Source of the DNA: Sphagnum compactum
Taxonomy: Eukaryota
Length of the DNA: 64,000 nt
Direction: 5' to 3'
Assembly (NCBI GenBank): GCA_965153455.1
Contig: OZ234493.1
Location: 18,466,213-18,530,212 of the forward strand
Shown: positions 50,744 through 64,000 of the stretch, in pieces
Position numbering within the stretch: the stretch's first letter is position 1
Layout of the letters: each line of letters begins with the position of its first letter
Made by a program: the position numbers and the translations under genes
The notes under the pieces: generated by a model
What the model was told of the DNA's origin: nothing
Databases searched by the model: none
The model's input: only the letters and a program-made list of their open reading frames with translations

Positions 50744-53135
50744 CTACTTTCGCCTTGACTTGCCCCTGAATGTCACTCGGGTTTTCTTCTTGGCAGCAGA
50801 TGCAGATGACCGCCCACCACCAAGTTCGCGGAATGGCATGCCCATCAGAGAGAGCAGTTTTAAGCCTTCTGTGTCATTTTTGGCAGAGGTGATAATGCAG
50901 ATGTCCATGCCCCTTTCCTTATCAATGTTCTCAAATCGGATCTCTGGGAAAACACTCTGCTCTGGCAACCCCAGGGTGTAGTTTCCCCTCCCATCAAAAC
51001 TGTAAGGGTTCACCCCTTGGAAATCCCTTGTTCTGGGGAGAGCCAAGTTCATCAGCCTGTCTAGAAATGAGTACATAACCTGCATCATCCAGAATATTGA
51101 CATAAAGACTTCAACAACATACCAGATGAACAGTGCACATCATAACATTGTCTTAGTTACATCACTACAACCCTAGTCTATAAGGGCATTCCTGTGAATT
51201 TTTGTATGTTTTCACCCCTAAACTCTATGGAGCCTTAATGCAACATTGGAGAGTTGTCCAATAAATTTCAGTATGCTGGTCCTTTCAGAATACCCATTGT
51301 CCAGTACACAAACTATAGAAACCCGACACCGACACTGAGAATTGACCGGCAGGAGCATGGTCAGGTGAGTTGATGGAAGATGGCCAGTTAATGGTTGACC
51401 TGAGGTAAGTTCCAACCTACAATGTCAGTCTCTTGATGCACAAAATGTTCTGGCCTCCATCTATTTAGGTGACCAGTGAGAGCTGAGAGGCTTGAACTGG
51501 CTGCAGGGCATAACTCTCTGTTTAGAGGGCCAAGTTGTCAGTGTCTCCAGCAATGGGATGACCACTACAGTATGTGTAGGATGCATGTGTGAAGGAAGAC
51601 AAGGATATGGCTCAGGGAGCTTCTGTGCTTGTTGAGTGCCCAGTCACTACCTCAGCAACAGCCTTTGAGTGAGGGTTATGAGATTGCAGAGAAAAGTCCG
51701 CAAAACCACTAAAGGTAACTGTTCTGTGAATTCCAGCAAAAACTGAAATTAACACAACCAGAATGAGTGTGGTCATAACCTTATGATTGTCATTCATATT
51801 GTATCAGACCATCACTTTCATCATGAACAGCACTGACTGGCTGGACTCCCAACTGACTTCAGTTTCTGAGGGTAGGTGTAGAGAAGTATATAATAATGAG
51901 CCCAAAATTTACACAAACAACTATAAGAACATCTATATCCTATTCCTGTCTTATTTCTGGAGGCAATAGGTAGACTCAGTCGTGATGTTTGCTAGCTCTT
52001 AAGAGACATTGGCTGATTTTACATTGGCTTATCATGATATGCTTTAGCCATGCTCTTAGTTGACGCGTTCAACACATAAGTACAGTATACAGCCTTTGTA
52101 TGCTCTTGAGAAACTGAATCAAGTCACCTATGCCAAGGACAGATTCTAAAGAAAAGTGCTTTACAATCTCATGTTGTGCATTATTCATCTACCACAGAAG
52201 CTGTTGTACTGAGATTTATTAAGAACCAACCCCCTCTGCCTCACCCTCAGAGCTGACAAGAATTTGCTGGGAATTCAAGAGAATCAGAAAAGGAGCTTCT
52301 TCTGTAAGTTGCTGTTTTCATGTTTCACATTAGGGTTAGGGAGCACAGCCATAAACATCACAAGAATTTGTCAGGATCACACAATTTTTTTCTGTGCTTT
52401 ATTGTAGGAGGTCTCAATTGCAGGAATTGAAAATAATTCTGGAAGAGGAAGTACCTCCCCACGAAGAGTGAGAGAGACTCCAACAGGCACCCCTTGCCGC
52501 AGCTTGAAGCCAGCTATGGCCTTCCTGGAACGAGTGACTACTGCCTTCTGGCCTGTAATCAATGCAATATCCCGGATTGTTGATTCCAGAGTCTTAGCAT
52601 TCTGAGAGGCTTCACCTATCCCACAATTGACCACCACTTTCTCCACTTGCGGTATCTACACAGAAAAACATGAGCAAAATGCTAAGCCCTAAATCCCAAG
52701 AGCAAAATTCCAAGAAAAGAGGAAACTACATTTGTATTGTTAGGTCTCTCAACCTCTCTAGAGCCTCTAGACATCTCCACCAGGCTACAATCAGGACAAT
52801 TGCTGGTTGCTACCTTGTGATCCCACACCATAGAGAAACAGTTCACTCCATTACCCCCATTTTCATTAGCTATGAGTAAAACCTAGCATGCGCCTGAAGG
52901 GATTCGACCCTACACCACTTGCCAGGTGACGCAATCAAAGCAAGAAAAGCTAAATAGTGGAAAGTGGTTACCTCTTCATAGCATTGAACTATATCCAACA
53001 TTAGTCGCCAAATCCTTCCCCCAAGACTCTCAAGCCCTTAGGTTATCGCACCGAGCAAAGCAAGTTCGCCCACTTACTCCACCTTCTCGCTCACCATAAT
53101 GCACCAAACAGGCTTCGAATCCAATAATCAAACAA

Positions 53136-53171
<36 letters not shown>

Positions 53172-53498
53172 ACACACACACACACACACACAAGGTTACT
53201 TTACCTCAAAGATATTGCCATACTTAAACTCCTCCTTGAGCGACGGCACCACTTTTTGCTCATAGATTCCTTTCAGCCGCTGTACCGCGCGCTCCGTCTC
53301 ACTCTCCACAGCCACAGCAGCAGCGGCAACAGAAGCTGAGGCCGACGCAGGCACCCAAGCTTTCACTCTCCCGAGCTTCACGACAAGTGGGGTCCTCGCC
53401 TGCACTCTGGCGCCCAGAAACTCCTTCCCAAGCTCGCCACCCAAGGCAGCGGAATTAGAGACGGAGCAAGACACAGCCGCCAGCGAAATGGTCGCCAT
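50744..53498 (-). CDS. RPL5: Nuclear-encoded plastid 50S ribosomal protein L5 (uL5c), 3 exons: 53498-53205, 52655-52455, 51079-50744 (276 aa)
   Basis: Exon 1 gives an Ala/Ser/Val-rich transit peptide then [25 protein letters not shown]. Exon 2 gives [24 protein letters not shown]...[23 protein letters not shown]. Exon 3 gives [37 protein letters not shown]...[10 protein letters not shown]. Both introns are GT-AG, phase 0, and the exons join in frame. Confidence 0.96.
53141..53192. repeat. Compound microsatellite (GA)n(CA)n in RPL5 intron 1
   Basis: A gagaga run passes directly into a cacaca run, ending about 12 nt from the exon 1 donor site. Confidence 0.95.
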
Positions 53499-53859
53499 GG
53501 AGAATCACTCGGAGCAAAAACTTGTAACTGGCGGAAGTGCCTCCACACTTCCCGTCTGCCCACAACAGTCGTAAGCTCGGACCTTATCCTCTCCTCTCTC
53601 TTCCCTCTGTCTTCTCCGAGAACATGAAAGAGGGTGAGGTATGAATCCGGTGACCGAACAAAGTCCCCTATAACAGCACAATTTCGACCGACTAAGACCC
53701 ATCTTGGGCGGTTATGTGATTTTCCAAACAATCTCTAGGTCCCGGGTTTCAAAAACTTTGGAAATCAAAGAACCTCCGGTTTTGGTTTTTTGGGGAATTT
53801 TTCCAGAATCAAAGAGCCTCTGGTTCCAGCTTCATGATATAGGGACTTATGTACACCTC

Positions 53860-54170
53860 TCTATCTTGCAATGCTAGCTCCCTTCTTCATGATATCTTTG
53901 GGCACTTAGCAAATTTTTGGACTCAGCAATGTCATGAAGCTTTTACATTACCAGAGGTTCCAGAATTTGGAAGGATTGGACTCTTTGACATTGTTGAGGT
54001 GTAATGCTCTGAACACAGAGGAAGAACCTAAGTAGGGTAATAGCCTTGACGTTTGAACTTTGAACTGTTCTCCAAATTTTCCAAACTCCGAAGAAACTTT
54101 GGTTGTGTGCATTCAGTCCTTGAGGTCTTCATGCTAGGCATCCACAACTTCGACAGGAATGATTGACAAG
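53860..54170 (+). pseudogene. Possible degenerate leucine-rich-repeat fragment
   Basis: Broken frames read LHDIFGHLANF, FQNLEGLDSLTLLRCNAL and FSKLRRNFGCVHSVLEV, which resemble LP..FG.L..L..L.L..C..L repeats. Confidence 0.35.
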
Positions 54171-54299
54171 TTCTTCTGGATGATGCCTTGATGGTGAATG
54201 GAACCTTGATGGCCTTCCGCTAGTCAAGGCTCTTGCACTTGCTCTCTTGGCCCCAACATGAAAGATTCACAACTACTGAAATTTGTGCAGCAAATGGAC

Positions 54300-57200
54300 A
54301 ATGCCAGCTAGTAAGAAAACAAACTGATATCAGTGGTGTATTCATTGGCTTAGGCTGATGCTGAAAACGAAACAGAGAGCATATGCATTGCTGCCCTCAT
54401 TCTGGTTCTCTCTATTATCTTCCAGCCAGAGTGCAAATTGTAGTTGCAGTTCTGCATATCCTGAAATGCTAACATGTCCTGGTGCCCTGATCCATTGCCA
54501 TGATCCAGCTGAGTTGGACAATGCTGAAGATGGCATAGGCTTCTTGCAAGGTTGACAGTGCTACTTCTACTGACGATTCCATTCCAGTAGCATTTGGGTT
54601 CTGCATACTGACCTGCATGTTGTGGGCTTGATTTAATACTCCTTGCAATCCATGGCCTTCAAGACTGCTGCCAGATTTTGCATTCTTGGATGTTGTTCGT
54701 CATGTGTTGCTGGTGTATGTGTTGGTTGATCATACCGGCTCCAAGCAATCCTTTAGTACAGGGACGCTGAGCATCCTATGGCTCTTTAATGGAAGAGGTA
54801 CCACTTCCCTCTGGAAATGCTTTAGGGACATCTGGCTTGAGTTGTTGCTGACATTTCTCCACCATTTCTTTCTTGGTGACTTGAGTTGGAAGTCCCTTGC
54901 AGGGGCTGCTGGGGATTCAATTCTTTAGAGGTCTCTTGTGTGTTGTGAAGGAACAGAGGAAGAAGATCTCAACCTTGAATGTGACCCTTAGCCTCAGTGT
55001 TAGCTTAAGCATTTCAATTTCTTTTGGCATGGAGCTTTATTGAGGTCTTGCAGACAATTTGCTTCCACTGTGGGGGTATGTGGTCTATCTCACTCAGATG
55101 ATGATCCAACTTGGACTGGTTCACTACTGGGGGTGAATTCAACAGCCTTTGCTTTCCCTCTCTTGAGATGGCCTTGTCTGGCAGAGAATTGATATCAAAG
55201 GTGGGCGAGAGCAATCCTCTGCCCTTTGAGCAAGCCAAAACAATCTGATGATGCCTGTTGCCCTCCTCCAAAAATACTTGTGATGATGTCCTTACATGGG
55301 ATCACCAGATGATGGCTGTTTGTGAGCCCTCCAACACAAGAAAGCTCCAGTGTTGTTCACCTTCATCACTATAAACATTATAGGCATGTCTGTAACCTTC
55401 ATATGAAATGACAGATAACAGTGAAGTCCCATTTCATTATAAAATGATTGGTTTCTCTGGCTTTCCTGAGCAATTAAGTCATTTCTGTGCCCCAGCCTCC
55501 TATCATCAAGTAATTGCTGCCTTGGGTGGGTGCCCTATTCTGGAAACATGTGAATTTCCTCTTGATCGCAAGATGTGAACTTATTGTCTGTGAACATTGG
55601 CTTCTGATCAGTAGGCCTTAGATGCTGGATTTTGCACTTCACTAAAAGGTGATGCTTACCTGCACCTTCATTCTGACCAAAAGAACAGACAGAATATTTA
55701 TGGTCTTTCTGAACTGACAGATTCGTTATGATAAAAGAGAAGATGGAAACTTATGAGCTTCCCTTCTGTTCTCTGAAGACTGATGTGCCTGACTTGCATC
55801 TCTGGGACCTAACTGATATTGGTGACCTAATGAGTGATGGCTATGATGTCCAAGTCATCAATGGAACATGCAGAAACTCTTGGAACTTCCCTCACAGATT
55901 TACTACCTTTCAGACGTTTGATTTTCCTCCTCACCATCTGATGACTGATATTTCCAAGTTGCATTAAGAAGTGATCAATCTCTATCTCCTTCATGAATTG
56001 GGGGACATTTCAATTCATTACCAGGTAATTCACATTCACGTCTATGCACTTCCTTTGCATTGGAATTCATCCTTCCTTCTGAACATAGAATGCAAGAAAC
56101 TCATCATTCTCATGATCTTGATGATTACAAGGTGGCAAATAGCTTTGATGTGGCTCTCCAGCAGCAGAAAACTATTTCGAAGTGATGTCCAGTACCTTCT
56201 CTTGAGATTGGTGCAATCCTCAACCTTTCCCCTTCACCACAGAAGATTGATATATATGTCCTGCTGTGCTGATGCATGATTTCCTGTGTGAACTCTCTTC
56301 CCGTCTCCTGCTGACCCATCAGGCATCAACAGGTAACAATATCTGTGACCCTTTCATATCCAGAGATAACTGGTACCTGTGAATTCTTTCTTTGACCGAG
56401 TGCAAGATATGTTGAGTTATCCTCTTTGAAGTTTAACTAGTGATTGGTACTATATAGCTTCAATGTTGCTCTGCATCAACAATAAATTCTATTGCTGATG
56501 AGTGATGTCTGTGGCCTTCTCTGTTCTTGTGGGATGATTGCAATCTTTGGCCACCCACTTCACCACCATAAGATTGATAGCTGTGACCACCTAGTTCTCG
56601 TAATGATTTTGACTATGATCTTTCCTCCCATCCACAGATGAATGATTCCAGTGCTTTCCATGTGAATTTGATCTACAGCTTTCCATGTCACAAAACAGAT
56701 GCAAATAATCTGGGATTGTACTCTTGATGACTACAAGGTGGACCCTGTTCTCAATCAAATTCTTTGTCATGTGTGTGAGATTCTCTTCTGTCATGTAACA
56801 AGTGAGATCTTTGGCCTTCCACTTCGTCACCAGAAAATCAATAACTATGACCTTCTGGTGCAGATGAGTGATTTCTGCCATGTAAGTTCACTCTATCAGC
56901 AGATGCCTAATATCTACAAGCTTCCACTTTCATTACTAGATGCTTTGGACTGGTATTTGTCCAGTTTCCTGGGCACTCAAGGAATTTCTGTAGCCTTCAA
57001 CTCTCAGATCATTCTATGAACCTGCATTCCCCACCACCAGATGGTGTTCTTGGAATGAATCTTGGGTCTAGACTAAGAGACCCCTAAAGAAGGTTGGGTG
57101 TACCACTCTAACTGGGACTGCACCAAAACATGAACATTCCAACAGATGTGTGGCAAATGCCAGCTTCCTTCATTAGATGATTCCAATCAATCCATGACCT

Positions 57201-57800
57201 TTGTTCACCTCAGCAATCCTCTTGACCTGTATACATTGGATCTTGGTTCTCAATTGTATGAATGTTTATGACCCTAAATCTTTATTTGTTCAAAGATGGG
57301 TAGTATCTGTGGTCACTCTTGTCATCATCAGATGAGGGCTACCATACGTGCTACTACTGATCAATGGTAGTTTTTTGTCCAAATAATTAGATACATTGAA
57401 AAGGAAATGGGGTCCTTCAGCCCCAGTTTAAATCTCTCAGAATCTTTCTTAGACAATTCTGGAATCAATTTTGGAAATTTTTCAAATTACATTTCACAAC
57501 TCTATTGGTTGTAGTACAAAGGGAAGGACTTGTTCTGCTTCATCTTGAAACTGTATGGAGCTCAATTCCTGAGGTTTCTGCTGTGACAATGCCAACCCAC
57601 AAGTACTATTACTATGTGACAACTTTTCAAAGCTGGGTTGATTTCCTGTTACATTGGTATCAAAATGTTGGAAAAGTCCTTGATTGCAGACCTAACGTTA
57701 CGAGTGATTTTTCTGAAACCTCAATTTCTTTACTTCAAGGAATTTCTAGAATCTACTACCTGCTCCAAGTTGTTAACTGTGCTATGGAACTGCAATTTTA
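54300..57800 (-). pseudogene. Decayed large exon(s) of a hydrophilic low-complexity protein, possibly a FIP1-like C-terminal region
   Basis: About 3.5 kb of coding-like composition with almost no CpG. Minus-strand frames such as HGRNHSSAPEGHSY*FSGDEVEGQRSHLLHDRRESHTHDKEFD*EQGPPCSHQEY are broken by TGA stops. Pseudogene status is fairly well supported; the family identity is weak. Confidence 0.5.
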
Positions 57801-59783
57801 TTTGACGGAAAATGGTTTACCCATAATCTATGTTTACTGTACATAGGGTACTGACAAACGAGGAGATAGATTTAGGAGGGGTTAGTTACAAAGTCAATGG
57901 GGGTATTCTGGTGGGAGTGGGACTGTAATGGGAAGCAACTAAAGAGAATGGGCTATGTCAGAGCCTAATGTTGGAAAGAAAAAATTTAATTCCTGATGAC
58001 CAGGTATGAGCTCCCACAGCTAGGCCTAGCTGCCTATTAGAGACCACTCCATTCCTTTCCAGTTCTTAACTCCTTGCTTCCAGTTCCATACTTTCATCAC
58101 CATTCAACTGCTAGATGTCTCAAGTCTCAACCTGCCAAACTTTACTCCTTGATAATTTACATTACAACACAATTTGGAGAAAATAAGAACATAGATCTGA
58201 AATTTAATCACCAAATGCTAACTGATTAATAGCAAAACTGAATAAGAGAAAGCGGAGTTGGTGGCAAACACCTAGCTATTGTCTATAATCAGTTTAGGGG
58301 CAACTAACTTACAAGCAAAATAAGGGGGCAATCTCATAATTATCACACCCTGGCTGTGCCCGTTATGGCAAGCTCAAACCAGCAACAGTTAAAATAGGAA
58401 ATGTTTCATGAAGTTGTCAAAAAATGAGTTCACAGTAACACCTGGTGAACATTCCTCAAAATATTAGACCGAATGAAAACTGCATTAAAAAGTACATTGT
58501 CCCAACTCCCCTAGTCTTCGCTAGTCAATAAATCATTGTTCTGTCCAAGTCACTTCCTTGAGATTCCCACCCACTGTTTTTCTAATTGGTAAGTTCTTGC
58601 CAAATTTTGACCTGGAAAATATCATTCTACCTACTGCATGGATTTTTCACGAAAAAAATGGCCCAAACTCGACAGATTTCATAAAGAAATTCCAAATTGC
58701 CAGACTTTGACAATAAGTTCTAGTAGGTAGCCAAGGATCCTGTTATTTTACTTTCATATCTGGTGTGTAGCCAAATATAGCTCATTTATTTTCTGGATGA
58801 AGGCTATTTTGGGCTACTCCAAATATCCTTAAAACAAACACTGGAACTTCCACCTGGTCCCTCATGGAGTTGTACAATAATAACTTATGCTTGAAAGAGA
58901 GGGCAGGCCATGAAAGGGTGCATATATTATGGTGTACATATTTTTGTGCAAATGCCCTTCCATAGCGCTCTGACAGAGTGGTCCCAAATCATGATCCTAC
59001 ATAAAATAGAGCCTGAGATTTGCTACTGTAGAGCCTGGAAGGGAATGTTTTTTTCCCACCAGGACCCACTATTTTCTGACAATATTAAAGCCTAGGGACT
59101 TCTAATACAAGGTGTATGTAGGCCACTAAATTTCATGGAGCAAAAGTGGTGTCATCATGTTTTTAACATTTCTTCAAGTCAATGGTGTGTAAATAGCAAA
59201 AAAGTGTTGGCACCACCAAATGAATCTGGAGGTGTTCAATGAAATGACTATTTGGGAGTTGGCATGAACTTGGCAGCCTTGATGAGAACGAGCAACAGTT
59301 ACTAAACACATATTACATAGTATAAACAGGGAACTTGTTTGTGTGCTTTTAGGTGTGAAGAAAACTGCTTAATTAGTTTAGTGTTCATAATTTTGTGAAT
59401 GAACCATCTCAGAATACTTTGTGTTAGCTTGTCTCTCCTTCCAAGTTCATGTGAGGTGGTCATTTATTAGGAGGTGCAAAGCTTATAACTTTTGGTTGTT
59501 AGTTTATACATGGTTTGAATGTGGGGAGGAACATTTGAACATTGGAACAAAATTTGAATTGCGAGTGTTCACAAGGTAATCTCCAAGGTGCAAATATATT
59601 GACATAATAATGGTGTGAAGCTTACATGAATGTCAGAGAAGATTGATTGATGAGAGTGCAGTGTGATGAAAAGATCAAAAGACAACTGCATACATGAATA
59701 ATTGAATTAATCATGCACTTTTGGGACTATTTGTGAGTTCTATTATAGTATGTTTGGAAAATATCATGAGAAATTTGCATGTA

Positions 59784-60366
59784 GGGTAGATACACCTATC
59801 ACAGAACACTTTGGGAGATCTCTCAATATTCTTTTCCATTGCGAGTGATTTAAAATGTTATAGGAGCACCTTCTCAAGCGCTACCAAATCATCTTGGAAA
59901 TGCGAAGTCAAAGGAGCAGCCAAAAAGACCAATAAAGAAAATAAGTTTTCTCAAACTGCAAAACACATTTTTTTTTCATTTTTCTTCATTTTGACCCCTC
60001 CTATTTCGTCAGTACATAATTTTCTCATTTTTTATTCAAATTGAGAAATTTAAACTACTCTGAAATTGGCATCTTAAGCTTTTCAAATCATCTTGTAACT
60101 CTAAAGGCAAAAAATATATATTTAAGGATTTTTTGAGGGGTTTGGAAATAGGTTATGAATTGTTCAATTGAAAATTTTCTCTAAAAATGACCCCCCTAAT
60201 TTCAGGGAGTCATAACTTTCTCACCTCTAGTCCATTTTTGCCAATTTTTAGAGCCACAAATGCGTCAAGAGAAGGGCTCCATCTATTCTTTATACACCCT
60301 GGACAATAGGGCCCTCCTGCAAAAACAGCGAGAAAACCCTACCTTAAATGTTCAGCCTGCCTACCC
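59784..60366. mobile_element. TA-flanked MITE-like element
   Basis: Ends are TA|GGGTAG...CTACCC|TA, with weaker subterminal inverted similarity (gaacactt vs gaacattt) and internal direct repeats of tgacccc..ct...cataa.tttctca. Confidence 0.45.
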
Positions 60367-61369
60367 TAAATGATCCTGAAAATTTTACTGGGAAACATTC
60401 ATTTAGTTGTAGGAAATTGTTTATTTTTAGATGGAACATTGTGTGACCTATTAATTGAATTGCATATGATTTAGGTGGGATCATTGTTGCTACCCAAGAC
60501 TTTGCTTATTGCAAGGTTTTGAATTGAATTTTTCAGTTTTCTGTGGATTAGGTAACAGAAATTTTCTTAAATTTAAAGGGTAGCCCATAAATAAGAGCAC
60601 GATGTGTCTTTAAAGAAAACTCGTTCCTTGATGGGTGATGGCAACTTTGCCAGCAGAATCAGTTGTAAGTGGCCAGAAAAACAAAGCTCTAGCAGATCCC
60701 AGAGGGTGAATCCCACAAATCAAATGTCCAAGGAAGAAGAAAAACATGCTATGAAGCCACACATTTGTGAAAAATTGAGTTTCAAGTGATTTTCTAGAAC
60801 CAAAACACCAGTGGGAAGAAGGAAGGGGGTTCGAACCTCATGACATCAGTTCAAAATAAGGTAAATTTTTTATTACTTTGGATGTAAAATTTGTAAACAT
60901 CTACAAATAAGTGAGGCACAAAAATTATTTTGAAAATGCTTACCATTTTTTTGAAAATAATCTGAATTATTTTATTTAATTCCTCGTTTCTAGATCTTGC
61001 TTCACATCTTTTTGTTGGCCTTGCCTACGAAGGCAAGGATATTGTTTTAGATTCATTATAGAGTATAGTAGCTTAAAGGGATTTTGGCCCCTAAGTAATA
61101 GGTCTATTTTCATATGAGGATTTTTGAAAGATGATATTTTTGCTTCAGTTGGAACTTGAGATTAGTTATAGAGTTATAATATCTTGAAGGATTTTGGTTT
61201 CTCTTAGAGGATTTTTTGAAGATTATATTTTTGCATGGTGAAATATTTGAGTTTCCATAATTCTTCTTTTGCCTTAAGATCCTTTTTAATGTAAATGGCA
61301 AGGCCACAGTGTGACACACCCCTTGTTTCTACATGCATTCATGAAAAAATAGACAATTTTTTTTCCCTG

Positions 61370-63960
61370 TATTGGAATTTATATTCCCCTACGCCACAGC
61401 TGCCCAGTGCCGAGTCTACACATGTTTTCAGGCAAAGACATGATAACTGCGGTCTGATGAGTAAACTTGGCTGGTAATTCTGTCCAAGGGCCACCGGAGG
61501 CGCACCTGACTTGAACTTCGAGTAACCTACCCAGCAGCTGCTGCCGATCAATCTGTCAAAACGACGAATAGACTGCCACCTACTAGTCTCCAGATTTGGT
61601 AAAATGTCAGATCAGAGCACCGCCAAATTATAAATTCTCCAGCTTAATCCCTCCTCAAAATCACAACTACAACTGTGGGAAGACTGCAGGAGATGATTGT
61701 ATGGAGTCGACTTGAGTTGTTGTAAAATCCTGATTAGTGAGAGAAAGCCCTGCAAAACTTTGTTTATAAATATACAGCAATTTCCGAAAATGCAAAAAAA
61801 GAATAAGGGGAAAAAAAAAGAAAAATAACGAATTACTTAAGTTGTTGGAACCCGATTAGTTCACGAATACTGAATCATAACATGGTACAGTGAGGACTCA
61901 GAGTACGATTAACAGATGTTGTGATCAGTACAATACAGAAGACACTGTGCCCCTAGAGTAGCGGGAGCGAATAGCGGCGCAAGTCCAGTCCATTGGGGGA
62001 TGTGATAAATGTCGAAGAGGTTTAATATTGGGAGACCTGTCAAATATAGCGGTGGAGCTGGAGTTGTTGGCTTCTGGCGACAGTGGAAGGTGCACAACAC
62101 GCGGACGATGGTGGCCTTCCCTGTATAAACGGATCAACCCTATCCATGTGATTATTTACGAGCTACCAGCTGGCTCGACAAATTCGAACCTTCCGTTGCA
62201 TTGACTCATCCATCGAACAATAACACCAAGATCAGCCGGTCCCCATGTGGAATTCCCGATTGAATCAGAGATAATAAAAACGTTTCCTTCTCAGCTGCAT
62301 ACATACAATTAGGGTCTCGTTCCATTAGGTTGCTGATCGTAGAGTTACTGCAGCCTAATGGGAAGCCACTGTCATAGGGCCTTGTTTCTTGCTGCAAGGA
62401 TAGACGCTTCCCATCGGAGAGATGCAAGTGCATTGTAAATATGTAATTAATCAGGTTGGGAACTCTGGGAACACATGTTCTAATGAAAAAAAAAAAGATG
62501 TCAGTATATGGTGAGTGACACTTTTACTCATAGCTCCTGCAATTGGTCAATGCCTGACCGATAGAGCTCTGCGATCACTGTGAGCACTGCCAGTTGAAAA
62601 AACCATAATGCAAAGCTACTCTGATCGCGGAATCAGAGCAACCTCAGGGATAAATGTCCTTAGTGGTGATATGTTCTTCAGAAACATTCTTCCATAATTA
62701 CAAGAGGAGATAAATGATAATTGCAATGTCCATTATTAAAATGTGCAATACTACTTGGAAAATATTCTTGGACCCCAAGTTGGGGAAGTGGCATCAATAT
62801 AGTACAACTAGATATATAGTTCGAGGATCTTGAACTAAGTTTGGAGTTGTAAGCAAAACATTCGTCCATCAAACTCGAGAATCCACACTTTAGATAAACT
62901 TCAAAAGTACATAAGCATCACTATTAAAATTTACACAATATTTCGTTGACGCAAGATTCAATTCCAGCTGGTACGCATGACTATCCAAATAATTTCTGCT
63001 CAAATGATGGAACAATTCTTAGCACAGTACAGGATAATTTGATCAGCATAAAATCTGGATTAGTTTCAGTGTGCAGGCCGGGTTTTGCAGCGCAAAGTCA
63101 TTGTTCAAGATAAAAGTCTGTCAATATTTGGCTGGTGAAGTTACTGCAGCTGCAATAGAATAAAATCAGGTAGACGCGTGTACAGACATGAGGACTTTTA
63201 AAAGAAGCGGATAATATCGCTTCTGTTACGTCGTCGTAATTAAGTCGATCTTTTACTGCATTAGTAGAGAATGCATGCATGGCTTTTATAAGAAAGTTCA
63301 GTGGTTATTCTGGCAAGTTTGGTAAATACTAAAGCGGGAGCACAACACAATGACCTGCCTCAGAACACCTAGATAAAAATAGGAGCTTGAAGGGGACAAA
63401 TCATGAGAGAGTTGTGCACGCCGACGCGAATTGTCATTTTAATCTAATGTGTGCCATCACCTAATGTCAATTTGTCATTATAATGTTATATATGCCACAA
63501 TAGACACCACATATCTAGTACATTGTAATGGATGAAACCACAAAGTTTACCTCACGCATGTGTCATGAGCCCCGGCTTTTTTTATGAGAAAAACCACATT
63601 CTTTTCTAGTTGGAGTTATATTATAGTACATGGACTATATTGCACTTGCACAACTATTTAGCGTAATTCCAATTTTGTCATGGTGGTTGGGATGCCCAAC
63701 TACCTGACAGTAGTGGCCTTGGACTCATTCTTATTTTGAATCAACCTGGGAAGAAGCTCCTCGATTGACCTGTAGGGAACTTGTTCGACCCTATTTTAAG
63801 GCTGAAACTCAAGAATCATTGGCACTTTACATATATTTCTATAACCGTACGTAAGCTCAAGCTGCTGTTTCGGCGGATTCGACCGGGCCAGATTTCAGGC
63901 TCTCGCGGATCGGCTCCAACATTTCATGGAAGCAAATTAATTATAAAGCATAATCTAAGC
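61370..63960 (-). pseudogene. Multi-exon gene remnant, possibly LRR-containing; may extend beyond the window
   Basis: A CpG-retaining region with GT-AG-bounded segments (62568-62528, 62391-62307, 62120 onward). Peptides include SIEELLPRLIQ, LRTFIPE|SSIGQALTNCRSYD, LYLTGLPILNLFDIYHIPQW and WTELPAKF...SLPENMCRL. I could not join them into one open frame. Confidence 0.35.
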
Positions 63961-64000
63961 AAGTGATTAAGTCTTGAAACATTGATAGGTAAGAGCGTGA

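Noticed and set aside
50744..53498. rpl5 as a plastid DNA insertion or bacterial contaminant
   Set aside because: It has spliceosomal introns and a transit peptide, and no neighbouring ribosomal-operon genes; it is a normal nuclear gene.

Overview
Eukaryotic, AT-rich nuclear DNA from a land plant. A moss such as Sphagnum is my inference from gene content and transposon mix; the sequence does not prove it. Two genes look intact: a single-coding-exon DUF247 gene on + (ORF 12705-15089, likely ATG 12744) with expanded internal peptide repeats, and a three-exon nuclear gene for plastid ribosomal protein L5 on - (53498-50744). The rest is mostly a transposon graveyard: two non-autonomous Helitrons, hAT-like, Tourist-like and Sola-like TIR elements, a pogo/DDE_1 transposase relic, a Sola-like transposase relic, an RLE-type non-LTR relic and a truncated Ty3/gypsy gag-protease with a candidate LTR. 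There is also an old local segmental duplication (about 9-9050 vs 27690-31465), a CpG-decayed large-exon pseudogene (possibly FIP1-like) and LRR-like gene remnants. The most unusual structure is a ~1 kb LTR-like unit present twice as circular permutations of each other. I found no CRISPR array, rRNA or tRNA, and I cannot support a claim of a new biological system; the findings are leads. All alignments were made by eye.
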